Shown here: in pieces, positions 54,828 to 64,000 of the stretch
Layout: each line of letters begins with the position of its first letter
How positions within the stretch are numbered: the stretch's first letter is position 1
Assembly (NCBI GenBank): GCA_964467655.1
Contig: CAYXSN010000009.1
Coordinates: 85-64,084, forward strand
Direction: 5' to 3'
Origin: an uncultured Candidatus Saccharimonadales bacterium
GTDB lineage: Bacteria > Patescibacteriota > Saccharimonadia > UBA4664
Length of the DNA: 64,000 bases
Position numbers and translations under genes: made by a program
The notes under the pieces: model-generated
The model's input: only the letters and a program-made list of their open reading frames with translations
Told to the model about the DNA's origin: nothing
Databases searched by the model: none

Positions 54828-55685
54828 ATGAGCTCAAATTCGCTCGCCATCGAAAAAGAAGCCGGCCAAGTTGGTACCGTCTCGGAACTAACGGGCGTCT
54901 TTGAATCAATTGCCTCCATGAGGATTGGCAAAATAAAAGATAGAGTCGTTCGCAGCCAGCAATTCTTCGCCGAGCTTTGGCAGATTTATACGCAGTTGCG
55001 GGTTGATCCGACTGAACGCCTGACCGGTAAGAACGGTCCCAAGCGCACCAAAGAAAACGTCTTTTTGGCCCTCACCGCCGAAGGTGGCCTCTCCGGTGAT
55101 ATCGACCAGCGCATCGTGCGTACCGTCCTCGATAACCTCGACCCCAACACCACCGACCTCATCGTCATCGGGGCTCACGGCGCCACCCAGTTCGTACAAA
55201 ACAAGGCCAAAATCAAACGCTATTTCAGGCTGCCCGACATTGACCAAACCATTGACGTCAGCCCGATTGTCGACGAACTCCTCGGCTATGCCCATCCCAC
55301 AGTCTGGTACCAGCGCTACATCTCTCTGACCGTTCAAGAAGTCGGCCGCATTGACTTGCTCGGCCGGGTCCGGGCTCTGGCTACCAACTCCAAAACCACC
55401 GAAGAAAACGTCATTTCTCCCCGCGATTACCTGTTTGAACCGACAGTCGACGACGTCGTACGCTACCTGGAGTCAGTCATGATGGAAATCGCCCTCTCTC
55501 AGGTGATCCTGGAATCACGTCTCGCTCAATACGCCTCCCGCTTCACGGCTATGTCAGCTGCCAAAAAGCGCGCCAAAGAGCTGCAGACGCTCCTGCTCAT
55601 GAACTACAACCGGGCCCGCCGAGGTGAAGCCGATGACCGCATCAAGGAAATCGTCAACTCCATGAATGCCATGACGCCCGGTTAA
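54828..55685 (+). CDS. atpG: F-type ATP synthase gamma subunit
   Basis: Size and position. N-terminus (...IASMRIGKIKDRVVRSQQF...) and C-terminus (...EIVNSMNAM..) match gamma. Confidence 0.75.
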   Translation: MSSNSLAIEKEAGQVGTVSELTGVFESIASMRIGKIKDRVVRSQQFFAELWQIYTQLRVDPTERLTGKNGPKRTKENVFLALTAEGGLSGDIDQRIVRTVLDNLDPNTTDLIVIGAHGATQFVQNKAKIKRYFRLPDIDQTIDVSPIVDELLGYAHPTVWYQRYISLTVQEVGRIDLLGRVRALATNSKTTEENVISPRDYLFEPTVDDVVRYLESVMMEIALSQVILESRLAQYASRFTAMSAAKKRAKELQTLLLMNYNRARRGEADDRIKEIVNSMNAMTPG

Positions 55686-55741
55686 ATAAAAAAACCTTGG
55701 CTAACACATTTTCATGTGCCAGCCAAGGCCTCCCGCCCAGA

Positions 55742-56545
55742 TTACTTGCTCCACTGCAAGAATGCCAGGCTGGCCGGTGATGACGGGTCATACAGATTCG
55801 AAGTTACAGGCTGATGGTAACTACAAACGTGCGTAGTTATCACGAGGTGAGCCGGCCACTCCGTACTGCCACTCCAGTCGGGTAATTGCCTCTGCAGGTC
55901 AATATCGACAGCATGTACCATACTGAGCATTGTCTCATGAAGCGATTGGTGAACCGTCTTTTTGGTAACGAGCCTCTCAGCCAGCTGCCGGCTTTCGGGA
56001 CTAACCTGACTGTCGTCCGCCAGAATTGGTATGTACCGTTGCTGTGTCTTACCTTGTTTGTCGGTATATCTGACATCTAAGTACAGGCCATCGGTACCCG
56101 ACCATGCCACACGAAATTTCCTGGTGGATTCCACAAGTTTTGTTGATACCCAAGTACCACCGATGTCCACATTGTTATCGGCCAACATAAGGTAACTGCT
56201 GCTGGCCGCCGCACACTTATAGGCCGTAGTTCCCGAGGACGTTGTGATAACTTCTGGCGCTATGGCTACCACTGCCGGCGTAGACGGTCGGGGCAGGTCA
56301 TAAAACTTTCCAACCCGCATTCCGTGTTCAAAAATGGCAGGCTGGCGTTCCGTAATGCCTCGGCTATAACCTGCCGCTTCGCCTTCTCGGCGGCTTGTCT
56401 CGACGGCGTCATTCCAAGACAGCGCGATACTGGCCAGAATGGCGATCGCGATAACCATCCCAACCACCATGCCCCACCGTAATCCACTGTTCTGGGCTTC
56501 GGAGGTTTGACGAATCTCGTCTAAATCATGTTCCACTGTTGTCAT
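55742..56545 (-). CDS. membrane-anchored hypothetical protein (antisense insertion inside the atp cluster)
   Basis: 267-aa ORF with an N-terminal TM helix. Unknown family. Confidence 0.4.
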   Translation of the reverse strand: MTTVEHDLDEIRQTSEAQNSGLRWGMVVGMVIAIAILASIALSWNDAVETSRREGEAAGYSRGITERQPAIFEHGMRVGKFYDLPRPSTPAVVAIAPEVITTSSGTTAYKCAAASSSYLMLADNNVDIGGTWVSTKLVESTRKFRVAWSGTDGLYLDVRYTDKQGKTQQRYIPILADDSQVSPESRQLAERLVTKKTVHQSLHETMLSMVHAVDIDLQRQLPDWSGSTEWPAHLVITTHVCSYHQPVTSNLYDPSSPASLAFLQWSK

Positions 56546-56554
56546 GAGTAACCC

Positions 56555-56875
56555 TCACCATCGAGACGTGGGACCGCCATGATGGCAGTCCCATTCGGCA
56601 AAATGACGTTGCCGGCACGCTATCATCTGTTGGGTAACATGGACTTCAAAGCGGTAAAACAGGCCCATCAGGGCAACCAAGATAGCAATGACCACATACG
56701 CGATGGGCTGGTCAGAAAACCAGATGAGACTCACCCAGGCACCGCAGAGACAGAGGGCAGCCAAGCACCATAACTTAAACCGCTTCGCTTTGAAGTGATT
56801 TAGTTCACTACTATGAGCGAGACAATTTGCTAGTCTGCCTAGTAGTTGATAACCGAAGTTGTCTTGAAGAGTCAT
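56555..56875 (-). CDS. small two-TM membrane protein, hypothetical
   Basis: 106-aa ORF directly upstream of 55742-56545 on the same strand. Confidence 0.35.
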   Translation of the reverse strand: MTLQDNFGYQLLGRLANCLAHSSELNHFKAKRFKLWCLAALCLCGAWVSLIWFSDQPIAYVVIAILVALMGLFYRFEVHVTQQMIACRQRHFAEWDCHHGGPTSRW

Positions 56876-56958
56876 AACAATCTCCAGATCTGATCGAGGG
56901 TAATTTCGAGGTACAGCTGGCCTATAGTACCACCAATAGTCGTTAAAGTAAAAAATAG

Positions 56959-58449
<1,491 letters not shown>

Positions 58450-58521
58450 GGTGCGATATAAAGTTCGGTTTATGTATGGTACACTAAACTTAAATTATAA
58501 AGCAAAGGCAGAAAGGGGAGC

Positions 58522-59436
58522 GTGGCTAAAGTAAGAGCAGATTTACGGGTCGTATATGAGGGGCAGCTCCAGCAAGTAGATGCCCAGACCTTCATTAGCT
58601 CGCTCATGAGCCTGTCTGTGCTTATCCAAGAAGTTAATCGCGAACTCGATCCAGATCGCAAAGTTGATTTGAAGATCGTAGCGTTAGAGCCAGGAAGTTT
58701 TATTGCCGGTATCAATATCCATGATGTTCAGACAGCAGTTACATCATTATTTACAAACGAAAATGTCCAATATGCAGCATCGATCGTAACCGTCGTAGGC
58801 GGGATCTTGAGCCTGAAGAAATTTCTCGGGAGAGATCAGCCCGCCAATGTGCAAACCGAAGGTAACTCGATCCAGATTACAAATCAAAAAGGAAGTGTCC
58901 AATATTTTGATAATAGAACTTATAACATTTATTCCAAAAATCAAGCAGTCAGTGACTCGGTCAGTAGCAGCTTTGCTGCCTTAGATGAAGATGCTTCAGT
59001 CACCGGATTTGAGATTCTTGATAGTCGAGAGCAGAAAATCTTTGAAGCCGAGAGGGATGATTTTGGTGATTTATCAATCAAAAGTGAAGTCATCCATTCC
59101 GACAAAAAAGATATCATTGTAAACGCCGACCTTCATCTGCATAAAGTTATGCTAGAACGGGGTCGAAAATGGGAATTTTATTATGCGGGAAATAGAATTT
59201 CCGCTGAGATCATTGATGACAACTTCTTTAATCAAATTGATGCTGGAGAATCATTTGCCAAAGGCGATATCTTAAAAGTCGAACTCCAAATCAATAAAAT
59301 CTTTGACAAAGGCGTAAATACTTTTGTTATCCATTCGTATATTGTCAGACGCGTAATAAAGCATGTTCCCAGGAGCGAGCAATTGAGCTTAGGCGAATTC
59401 GAAACTGAAACTCAAACCGGGGAAGCCAAAAACTAA
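58522..59436 (+). CDS. hypothetical protein, compositionally atypical (AT-rich) ORFan between atpD and atpC
   Basis: 304-aa uninterrupted ORF. Visibly lower GC than the flanks. No recognisable motif. Confidence 0.45.
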   Translation: MAKVRADLRVVYEGQLQQVDAQTFISSLMSLSVLIQEVNRELDPDRKVDLKIVALEPGSFIAGINIHDVQTAVTSLFTNENVQYAASIVTVVGGILSLKKFLGRDQPANVQTEGNSIQITNQKGSVQYFDNRTYNIYSKNQAVSDSVSSSFAALDEDASVTGFEILDSREQKIFEAERDDFGDLSIKSEVIHSDKKDIIVNADLHLHKVMLERGRKWEFYYAGNRISAEIIDDNFFNQIDAGESFAKGDILKVELQINKIFDKGVNTFVIHSYIVRRVIKHVPRSEQLSLGEFETETQTGEAKN

Positions 59437-59453
59437 CCAAATGAGTAATACCC

Positions 59454-59711
59454 ATGGATAAAAAACTCAAGCGCTTCAAAGTCAAAATCTTTAGCCCCTA
59501 CCAAACCTACTACGAGGGCGAGGCTGTGTCGTTGAGTGCGGCCAACCGTACCGGCCCTTTCGATATTTTGGCCGGCCATATCAATTTCTTCTCATTGCTC
59601 ACCGGCGGTACTATCATGCTCAATACTGGATTTCAACAGCTCGAATTTCCTATCACTCGGGGCATTTTGCGGGTATCAGGTGACGAGGTTACTCTCTTTG
59701 CCGATGTCTAG
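59454..59711 (+). CDS. atpC: F-type ATP synthase epsilon subunit, short form (beta-sandwich domain only)
   Basis: Typical epsilon N-domain (...KIFSPYQTYYEGEAVSLSAANRTGPFDILAGHINFFSLL...) with no C-terminal helical hairpin. Confidence 0.7.
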   Translation: MDKKLKRFKVKIFSPYQTYYEGEAVSLSAANRTGPFDILAGHINFFSLLTGGTIMLNTGFQQLEFPITRGILRVSGDEVTLFADV

Positions 59712-59737
59712 ATGTCCCCAAATAATCAAATAACGTA

Positions 59738-59782
59738 AACGGCAGGTTGTGAGTGGCCCCAGGCCACTCACAACCTGCCGTT
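59738..59782. terminator. 45-nt near-perfect palindrome (21-bp stem) after atpC; candidate operon terminator or protein-binding site
   Basis: AACGGCAGGTTGTGAGTGGCC-cca-GGCCACTCACAACCTGCCGTT. No strong T-run on either side. Confidence 0.45.
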
Positions 59783-60068
59783 GATCAGTTCACGCTCGGA
59801 GGACCGTCGTGCGAGCCCGCCCTGAGTGGGGAGCAGATCTGAGAGCACGTCAAGGTGCCGTCAGGTGCGATACCTGGTCAGATCATGCATGGCGCGGAAG
59901 CCAATTGCATGTAGAAAAGAGTATGACATAGTTGACATCAAGGCGCAAACCTTGCGGTACCGAAAGGCTAATACTAAGAAAACGCAACCATTTTCCGCTA
60001 AATCTGTTGACATCTGTAACAGCATAAGGATAATACAGATATAATTAATAATTAATCGGGAATATCAT

Positions 60069-60272
60069 ATGGCATATTCACAAACCAACTCTAAAGGTCA
60101 GACATACTACCTGCACCAGAAAGACGTTACTCTCAAGGGTGGCCGCCAGCAGCGCATCTACTTCTTCGCCCGCGACGTGCGCGATGGTGCTGTTGAAGCC
60201 CTGCCCACCGGTTACACTGCTGTCGAAAACGCCCGTACCGGTCTCCTGGTGCTCAAGAAGCTAGCCAAGTAA
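60069..60272 (+). CDS. small basic protein, hypothetical
   Basis: 67-aa ORF behind an AT-rich region with TTGACA-N18-TAATAC promoter-like boxes. Confidence 0.35.
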   Translation: MAYSQTNSKGQTYYLHQKDVTLKGGRQQRIYFFARDVRDGAVEALPTGYTAVENARTGLLVLKKLAK

Positions 60273-60398
60273 CCAATTCAAACAGTTATCTACAAACCGG
60301 CTCCGCCACAGGCGCCGGTTTTTAGTTATGCTCGCATATGAACAGGTAAATTAATACAATAGCCTCAGCTCCTTGAATAGATTGTTGGCCCCGATCCT

Positions 60399-61340
60399 GT
60401 GGAGGTAAAGGTGACTGTCGCTATAAGCGCGAAAGCCATGCCGTTCTTCGGTAACACGCTGCCCGCGTCCTATGGATTTGCCAAGCGCTTTGCCGGTAAA
60501 GGCGGCCGTGTAGCCACCTTGCCGGACATTATGAGCCTGCGCGCCGCTACCGGCGAAGATAAAATCGCTAGGGTTCCTTGGATCAACCCCTGGCAATCGT
60601 GGTTTGATACTACGTCTGCTGAATACATGGGTTTTACAGCTGGCGGTGTACCAATCATTATTGTGGCCCATGGTGTTGGACCATTGGCGACGGCAGCTGG
60701 CATCAAACGCATTTATCGCCGCCGCGAATCCAGTCTCGTTTATGGGCGATGCACCATTACCTGGGATGAGTTCCGTAAACTCGAAGCTGGAGTATACGGC
60801 GATGTTAGCATTGTACCCCTCCAAGAGGTCATGGGCTGTTACGAAGTCCCATTCTACGAGGCTTCAACATTAGACCAAGCCGCCGCCGACCCTTTGCTAC
60901 AAGCCCGCCTCGGGCCTGCCTGGCGACAGGTGATGGTTGAGCTAGACAAGGTGACTCGTAACCGAGACCTACGGTATACTGGCGGCCAGCCAAAGCTCGT
61001 AGCCAACCTAGGTAATCTCTATGAGCTTCATATGCCGGACGACCCACCCCAAGCCCATCTCTTGACGGTCGGCCGGACGGTGGTGGCACATCGGGGAAAC
61101 GATAACGGCGGTACATCAATCAGCTTTGACGTCGATCTCGTCGACAGGGTACGTGATAACCGTTTCATCGGGGTCAAGCCTGGTTGGGATGGCCGGAGTT
61201 TGCATGGAGGCCCATATCTGCTCAACGATCCAACTGCCCTGCGGCTGATTATCAGTTCCGGGCGCCCAGAGCTTTTGGACACGGACTACATCATCATGAT
61301 GGACGTGCTCGGTCAGCTGGAAGTCTACCAGCGGCGTTGA
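60399..61340 (+). CDS. hypothetical protein
   Basis: 313-aa ORF, longer than the antisense alternative (60351-60824). Confidence 0.4.
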   Translation: MEVKVTVAISAKAMPFFGNTLPASYGFAKRFAGKGGRVATLPDIMSLRAATGEDKIARVPWINPWQSWFDTTSAEYMGFTAGGVPIIIVAHGVGPLATAAGIKRIYRRRESSLVYGRCTITWDEFRKLEAGVYGDVSIVPLQEVMGCYEVPFYEASTLDQAAADPLLQARLGPAWRQVMVELDKVTRNRDLRYTGGQPKLVANLGNLYELHMPDDPPQAHLLTVGRTVVAHRGNDNGGTSISFDVDLVDRVRDNRFIGVKPGWDGRSLHGGPYLLNDPTALRLIISSGRPELLDTDYIIMMDVLGQLEVYQRR

Positions 61341-61455
61341 GCGTTGCCTTGTCGGCCCCAGATAACTCTGGGGCCGACAACTGTATTCTCAAGGCAACAA
61401 TCTTAGCAAAGGTGCTACAATAAACCAGATACTTACCAAAGGGGAACGTACCGTT

Positions 61456-62166
61456 ATGTCGAGTGAAGCTAAAACCATGGGAATTATCCTTACACTGGTG
61501 GTCGGTGGCCTGATTGGCCTGTTTGTGCTGACGAACCGCGCCGAGCCCAAGCCCGTAGGTGACAAATCGAAACTGACTCGCGAGAATACGCCGTCACATG
61601 GCAGTGGTCCGGTTCAGGTCGTCGAGTTTGGCGATTACCAATGCCCGGCCTGTGGGACAGCCTACCCTGACATCAAACAAATTGAAGCCGACTTTGCCGG
61701 CAAGATCACCTTTTACTTCCGTCACTTTCCTCTCACCCAGCACGCCAATGCTCAAGCGGCTTCACAGGCTGCCGAAGCTGCCCGCGACCAAGGTAAGTTT
61801 TGGGAAATGCACGACAAATTGTACTTGAGTCAAAAAGACTGGGAAAACCTGTCGAGCCCTCTCGATGTGTTTGCCAACTACGCCGGTGAGCTCGGGCTTG
61901 ATGTCGAAAAGTTTAAGAAAGCCGTCACCGACAAGCAGTTCCAGACCATTATCGACCAAGATACTGCTGACGGTACCGCCCTAGGTGTTGCCGGTACGCC
62001 TACCATTTACATCAACGGTGTGGCCAGCAAGGGCTTTAGTTACGCCGACCTGCGCGATGCCATCAACAATGCCCTGGAGACCAGTGGCGCCAGCGTCACG
62101 CCAGCCACCTCACCAACACCCACCGCTGCTCCGGAAGGATCCGCTACACCCGCTCCTGCGCAGTAG
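61456..62166 (+). CDS. DsbA/BdbD-family thiol:disulfide oxidoreductase, membrane-anchored
   Basis: N-terminal TM helix. CPAC active site within a thioredoxin-fold pattern (VVEFGDYQCPACG...GTPTIYINGV). Confidence 0.8.
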   Translation: MSSEAKTMGIILTLVVGGLIGLFVLTNRAEPKPVGDKSKLTRENTPSHGSGPVQVVEFGDYQCPACGTAYPDIKQIEADFAGKITFYFRHFPLTQHANAQAASQAAEAARDQGKFWEMHDKLYLSQKDWENLSSPLDVFANYAGELGLDVEKFKKAVTDKQFQTIIDQDTADGTALGVAGTPTIYINGVASKGFSYADLRDAINNALETSGASVTPATSPTPTAAPEGSATPAPAQ

Positions 62167-62168
62167 TA

Positions 62169-62828
62169 CTAAACTTCGATCGAGCCGCGGACAGTACCGC
62201 CGAGCTTTGACGACAACTCATAATCCATACGAGTGTCATAAGACAACTGCACAAACAGCGTCTGGTTGAGTAAATCAGCATCGGCTCCTGGATCAAGCTC
62301 AGTGAATCGTGCCGCCAAACTGTGGCGGCCTACCTTCATGTTGCTGCGGATAAAACCGCTCGTCAGGTCGATGTGTGAGGGCTCCATCACATGTTGAGTA
62401 TACGTGTCAGGCCGCCTCGGTCGTTGCGGCAAAGTCTTGGTCAGATGCAAGTCGCCATCCTGGACATGTACGCGGGTCCTGATGTCAAAATCGCGCCGCT
62501 CACCCACATTGGCTACCACGATCCGAAATGGTATCAATCCCTCGGCCATGGCCCGGTCATACCGGTCAATCGTGTTTTTATAGGAAGCCAACTTGTGGCG
62601 GTAATGTTTGAGATCCTCAAGCTTAGGCAATCCGGTTGCACTCTCAGCCAGGCGTTTCCATAAGGTCGGCTGGCGGTAACCGGATATCAGTTTATCAATC
62701 CGCTCAGTCTCAGTCAGTACGAACAACCGTTCATCATCTGGATCTGGCCCGGCTGTAACGGCAATCACCTCAAAAGCTTTCATACTTCTTATGGTAGCAC
62801 ATCTCATAAATCCACTGTATAATCCCAA
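62169..62828 (-). CDS. hypothetical protein
   Basis: 219-aa ORF with no recognisable motif. Confidence 0.4.
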   Translation of the reverse strand: MGLYSGFMRCATIRSMKAFEVIAVTAGPDPDDERLFVLTETERIDKLISGYRQPTLWKRLAESATGLPKLEDLKHYRHKLASYKNTIDRYDRAMAEGLIPFRIVVANVGERRDFDIRTRVHVQDGDLHLTKTLPQRPRRPDTYTQHVMEPSHIDLTSGFIRSNMKVGRHSLAARFTELDPGADADLLNQTLFVQLSYDTRMDYELSSKLGGTVRGSIEV

Positions 62829-62858
62829 ACGTCCAAACCGCTCACGTCAGATCAGGGA

Positions 62859-63095
62859 GTGATCATGCGCAAATTTTGGGACGCCCGCCCGCGGATCCGG
62901 CGGGTTATCCTCATAGTAGCCATATTGCAAGTTGTGGCCCTGGCCGTCAGAGGATTCGAATGGCACACAGGGATCCAGCTCATGGCATTGGCTGCCGCCG
63001 CCATAATTATAGGTTTGCACATGACGGCAATCGCCTACCCCACCGCCTTTGGTGACTTCATCGAGGGCACTACGGACGGTATGTCTGACGACTAG
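62859..63095 (+). CDS. small two-TM membrane protein, hypothetical
   Basis: 78-aa ORF. A 13-bp-stem hairpin (63106-63135) follows. Confidence 0.35.
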   Translation: MIMRKFWDARPRIRRVILIVAILQVVALAVRGFEWHTGIQLMALAAAAIIIGLHMTAIAYPTAFGDFIEGTTDGMSDD

Positions 63096-63156
63096 CCTCA
63101 TCGTTCCCCGCCAGCCTCACGAGAGGTTGGCGGGGCTCAATTTATCAACGAAAAGT

Positions 63157-63198
63157 GCCCCACTGGCTCATGAGTCTAAACTCATGAGCCAGTGGGGC
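63157..63198 (-). terminator. rho-independent terminator (18-bp stem) after minus-strand gene 63219-63539
   Basis: GCCCCACTGGCTCATGAG-tctaaa-CTCATGAGCCAGTGGGGC. The adjacent plus-strand A-run gives a T-run on the minus strand. Confidence 0.6.
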
Positions 63199-63218
63199 GT
63201 TATTGCATCTGAGGCAGC

Positions 63219-63539
63219 TTACTCGGGCATACGCCGCCCGACGATTGCCTCGATGGTAGCCCGTGCCTGGGCGATCGTGCGGTCGGCCGCCGCATCAATC
63301 ATCGCAAGTGTCTGGCCGGCCCAGCTGTAATCTTCTTCATCAGGGCCAAATTCCAATCCCATAAGATGTTTTGCGACGGTCTCTCGACCAGCTCGCCGCG
63401 AAACCTCGGCCGCTTCGGTGGCTGCACAGAAAGCTTGAATGGCAGCCAGAAGCACATCCTCTGATACCGGATGTGTCGAAGTACCGGAGCCTGGTTCACT
63501 TACCGGCGGCGGTGTACCCCAGTTAATCTGGTCAGACAT
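63219..63539 (-). CDS. acidic hypothetical protein
   Basis: 106-aa ORF with a terminator just downstream. Confidence 0.35.
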   Translation of the reverse strand: MSDQINWGTPPPVSEPGSGTSTHPVSEDVLLAAIQAFCAATEAAEVSRRAGRETVAKHLMGLEFGPDEEDYSWAGQTLAMIDAAADRTIAQARATIEAIVGRRMPE

Positions 63540-63552
63540 ATTTCCTGTCCTC

Positions 63553-63957
63553 TCAGGCTAGTCGCTCAGCTGGACTGTCAGACGGATCGCCCCACGAAGC
63601 TGCGATGCGGCCCGTAGTATCGACCGACAGTCCCACCATCATCACAGGCAGGAGCTCGATATCAATTTGCGGCCATGGTGCGCCACTGGTCACGACTGTT
63701 CGTCGCAGTTCCTGAAGTGCCTGACAAACGGCATCTCGGAGGTCTGCGGTCTGCTTGCGTAAAGCCTCAACTTCATAGTGAGATGATCCACCACCGACCA
63801 GGCCCAAGATTTGAACATCGCTGATGTTTTGGCCTCGTGGATGGGCCCAGGCAATATCAACCCGCACCTCGTCCGCGGTCAAGCCGGCATATACATCCAC
63901 CCGATCGAAGGCATCCGCCACGATTCCAGGGAGTGCTCGTACAATGATCAGCGTCAC
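63553..63957 (-). CDS. hypothetical protein
   Basis: 134-aa ORF co-directional with 63219-63539. Confidence 0.35.
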   Translation of the reverse strand: MTLIIVRALPGIVADAFDRVDVYAGLTADEVRVDIAWAHPRGQNISDVQILGLVGGGSSHYEVEALRKQTADLRDAVCQALQELRRTVVTSGAPWPQIDIELLPVMMVGLSVDTTGRIAASWGDPSDSPAERLA

Positions 63958-64000
63958 GGTTTGTTGCGGCGTCGATGCAACTGTGTCGTCCTCGGGCGGT

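Noticed and set aside
60351-60824. Minus-strand 157-aa ORF overlapping 60399-61340
   Set aside because: The plus-strand ORF is twice as long and continuous. The minus ORF has a shadow-like Gly/Ala/Arg composition.

Overview
This is a 64 kb stretch of a bacterial chromosome with a GC-rich backbone (~58-60% GC judged by eye). Several clearly AT-rich patches stand out as probable horizontally acquired DNA. The gene content is that of a small, streamlined Gram-positive-like or Patescibacteria-like genome. It includes lexA, a VanW protein, cohesin/dockerin surface proteins with Thr/Pro linkers, F1 ATP synthase genes, malic enzyme and a two-component system. I cannot assign a taxon from sequence alone. 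Main blocks are, in order: (i) 1-1850, an AT-rich islet with small membrane ORFs and a hicB/hicA-like pair. (ii) 2176-10244, a Gtr-type lipid-linked glycosylation locus. (iii) 10289-13299, a two-subunit ATP-citrate-lyase-like pair. (iv) 13521-15780, GDP-mannose synthesis (phosphomannose isomerase and ManC). (v) 16813-23340, housekeeping genes (PP2C-like, VanW, LexA, PgeF, TadA-like deaminase, a methyltransferase-domain protein). (vi) 23559-26384, two adjacent surface proteins sharing a cohesin-like domain, one also carrying an alpha/beta-hydrolase domain and a C-terminal dockerin. (vii) 26808-33080, stress and small-protein genes (HtpX, MarR, Bcp, FNR-like, DUF1801, VOC, TspO, CutA, YdeI). (viii) 34700-41825, a composite accessory island abutting the 3' end of tRNA-Asn(GTT). 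(ix) 41932-48905, PQQ sugar dehydrogenase, OmpR/HK pair, a TPM coiled-coil protein and malic enzyme. (x) 52187-59711, an F1Fo ATP synthase operon of unusual architecture. (xi) 60069-63957, hypotheticals and a DsbA-like oxidoreductase. My best candidate for a previously undescribed system is in block viii: an XRE regulator, a cytoplasmic trypsin-like peptidase and a TPR protein in one tRNA-linked island, which also carries Fic and the VanX-like / GNAT-epimerase pair.
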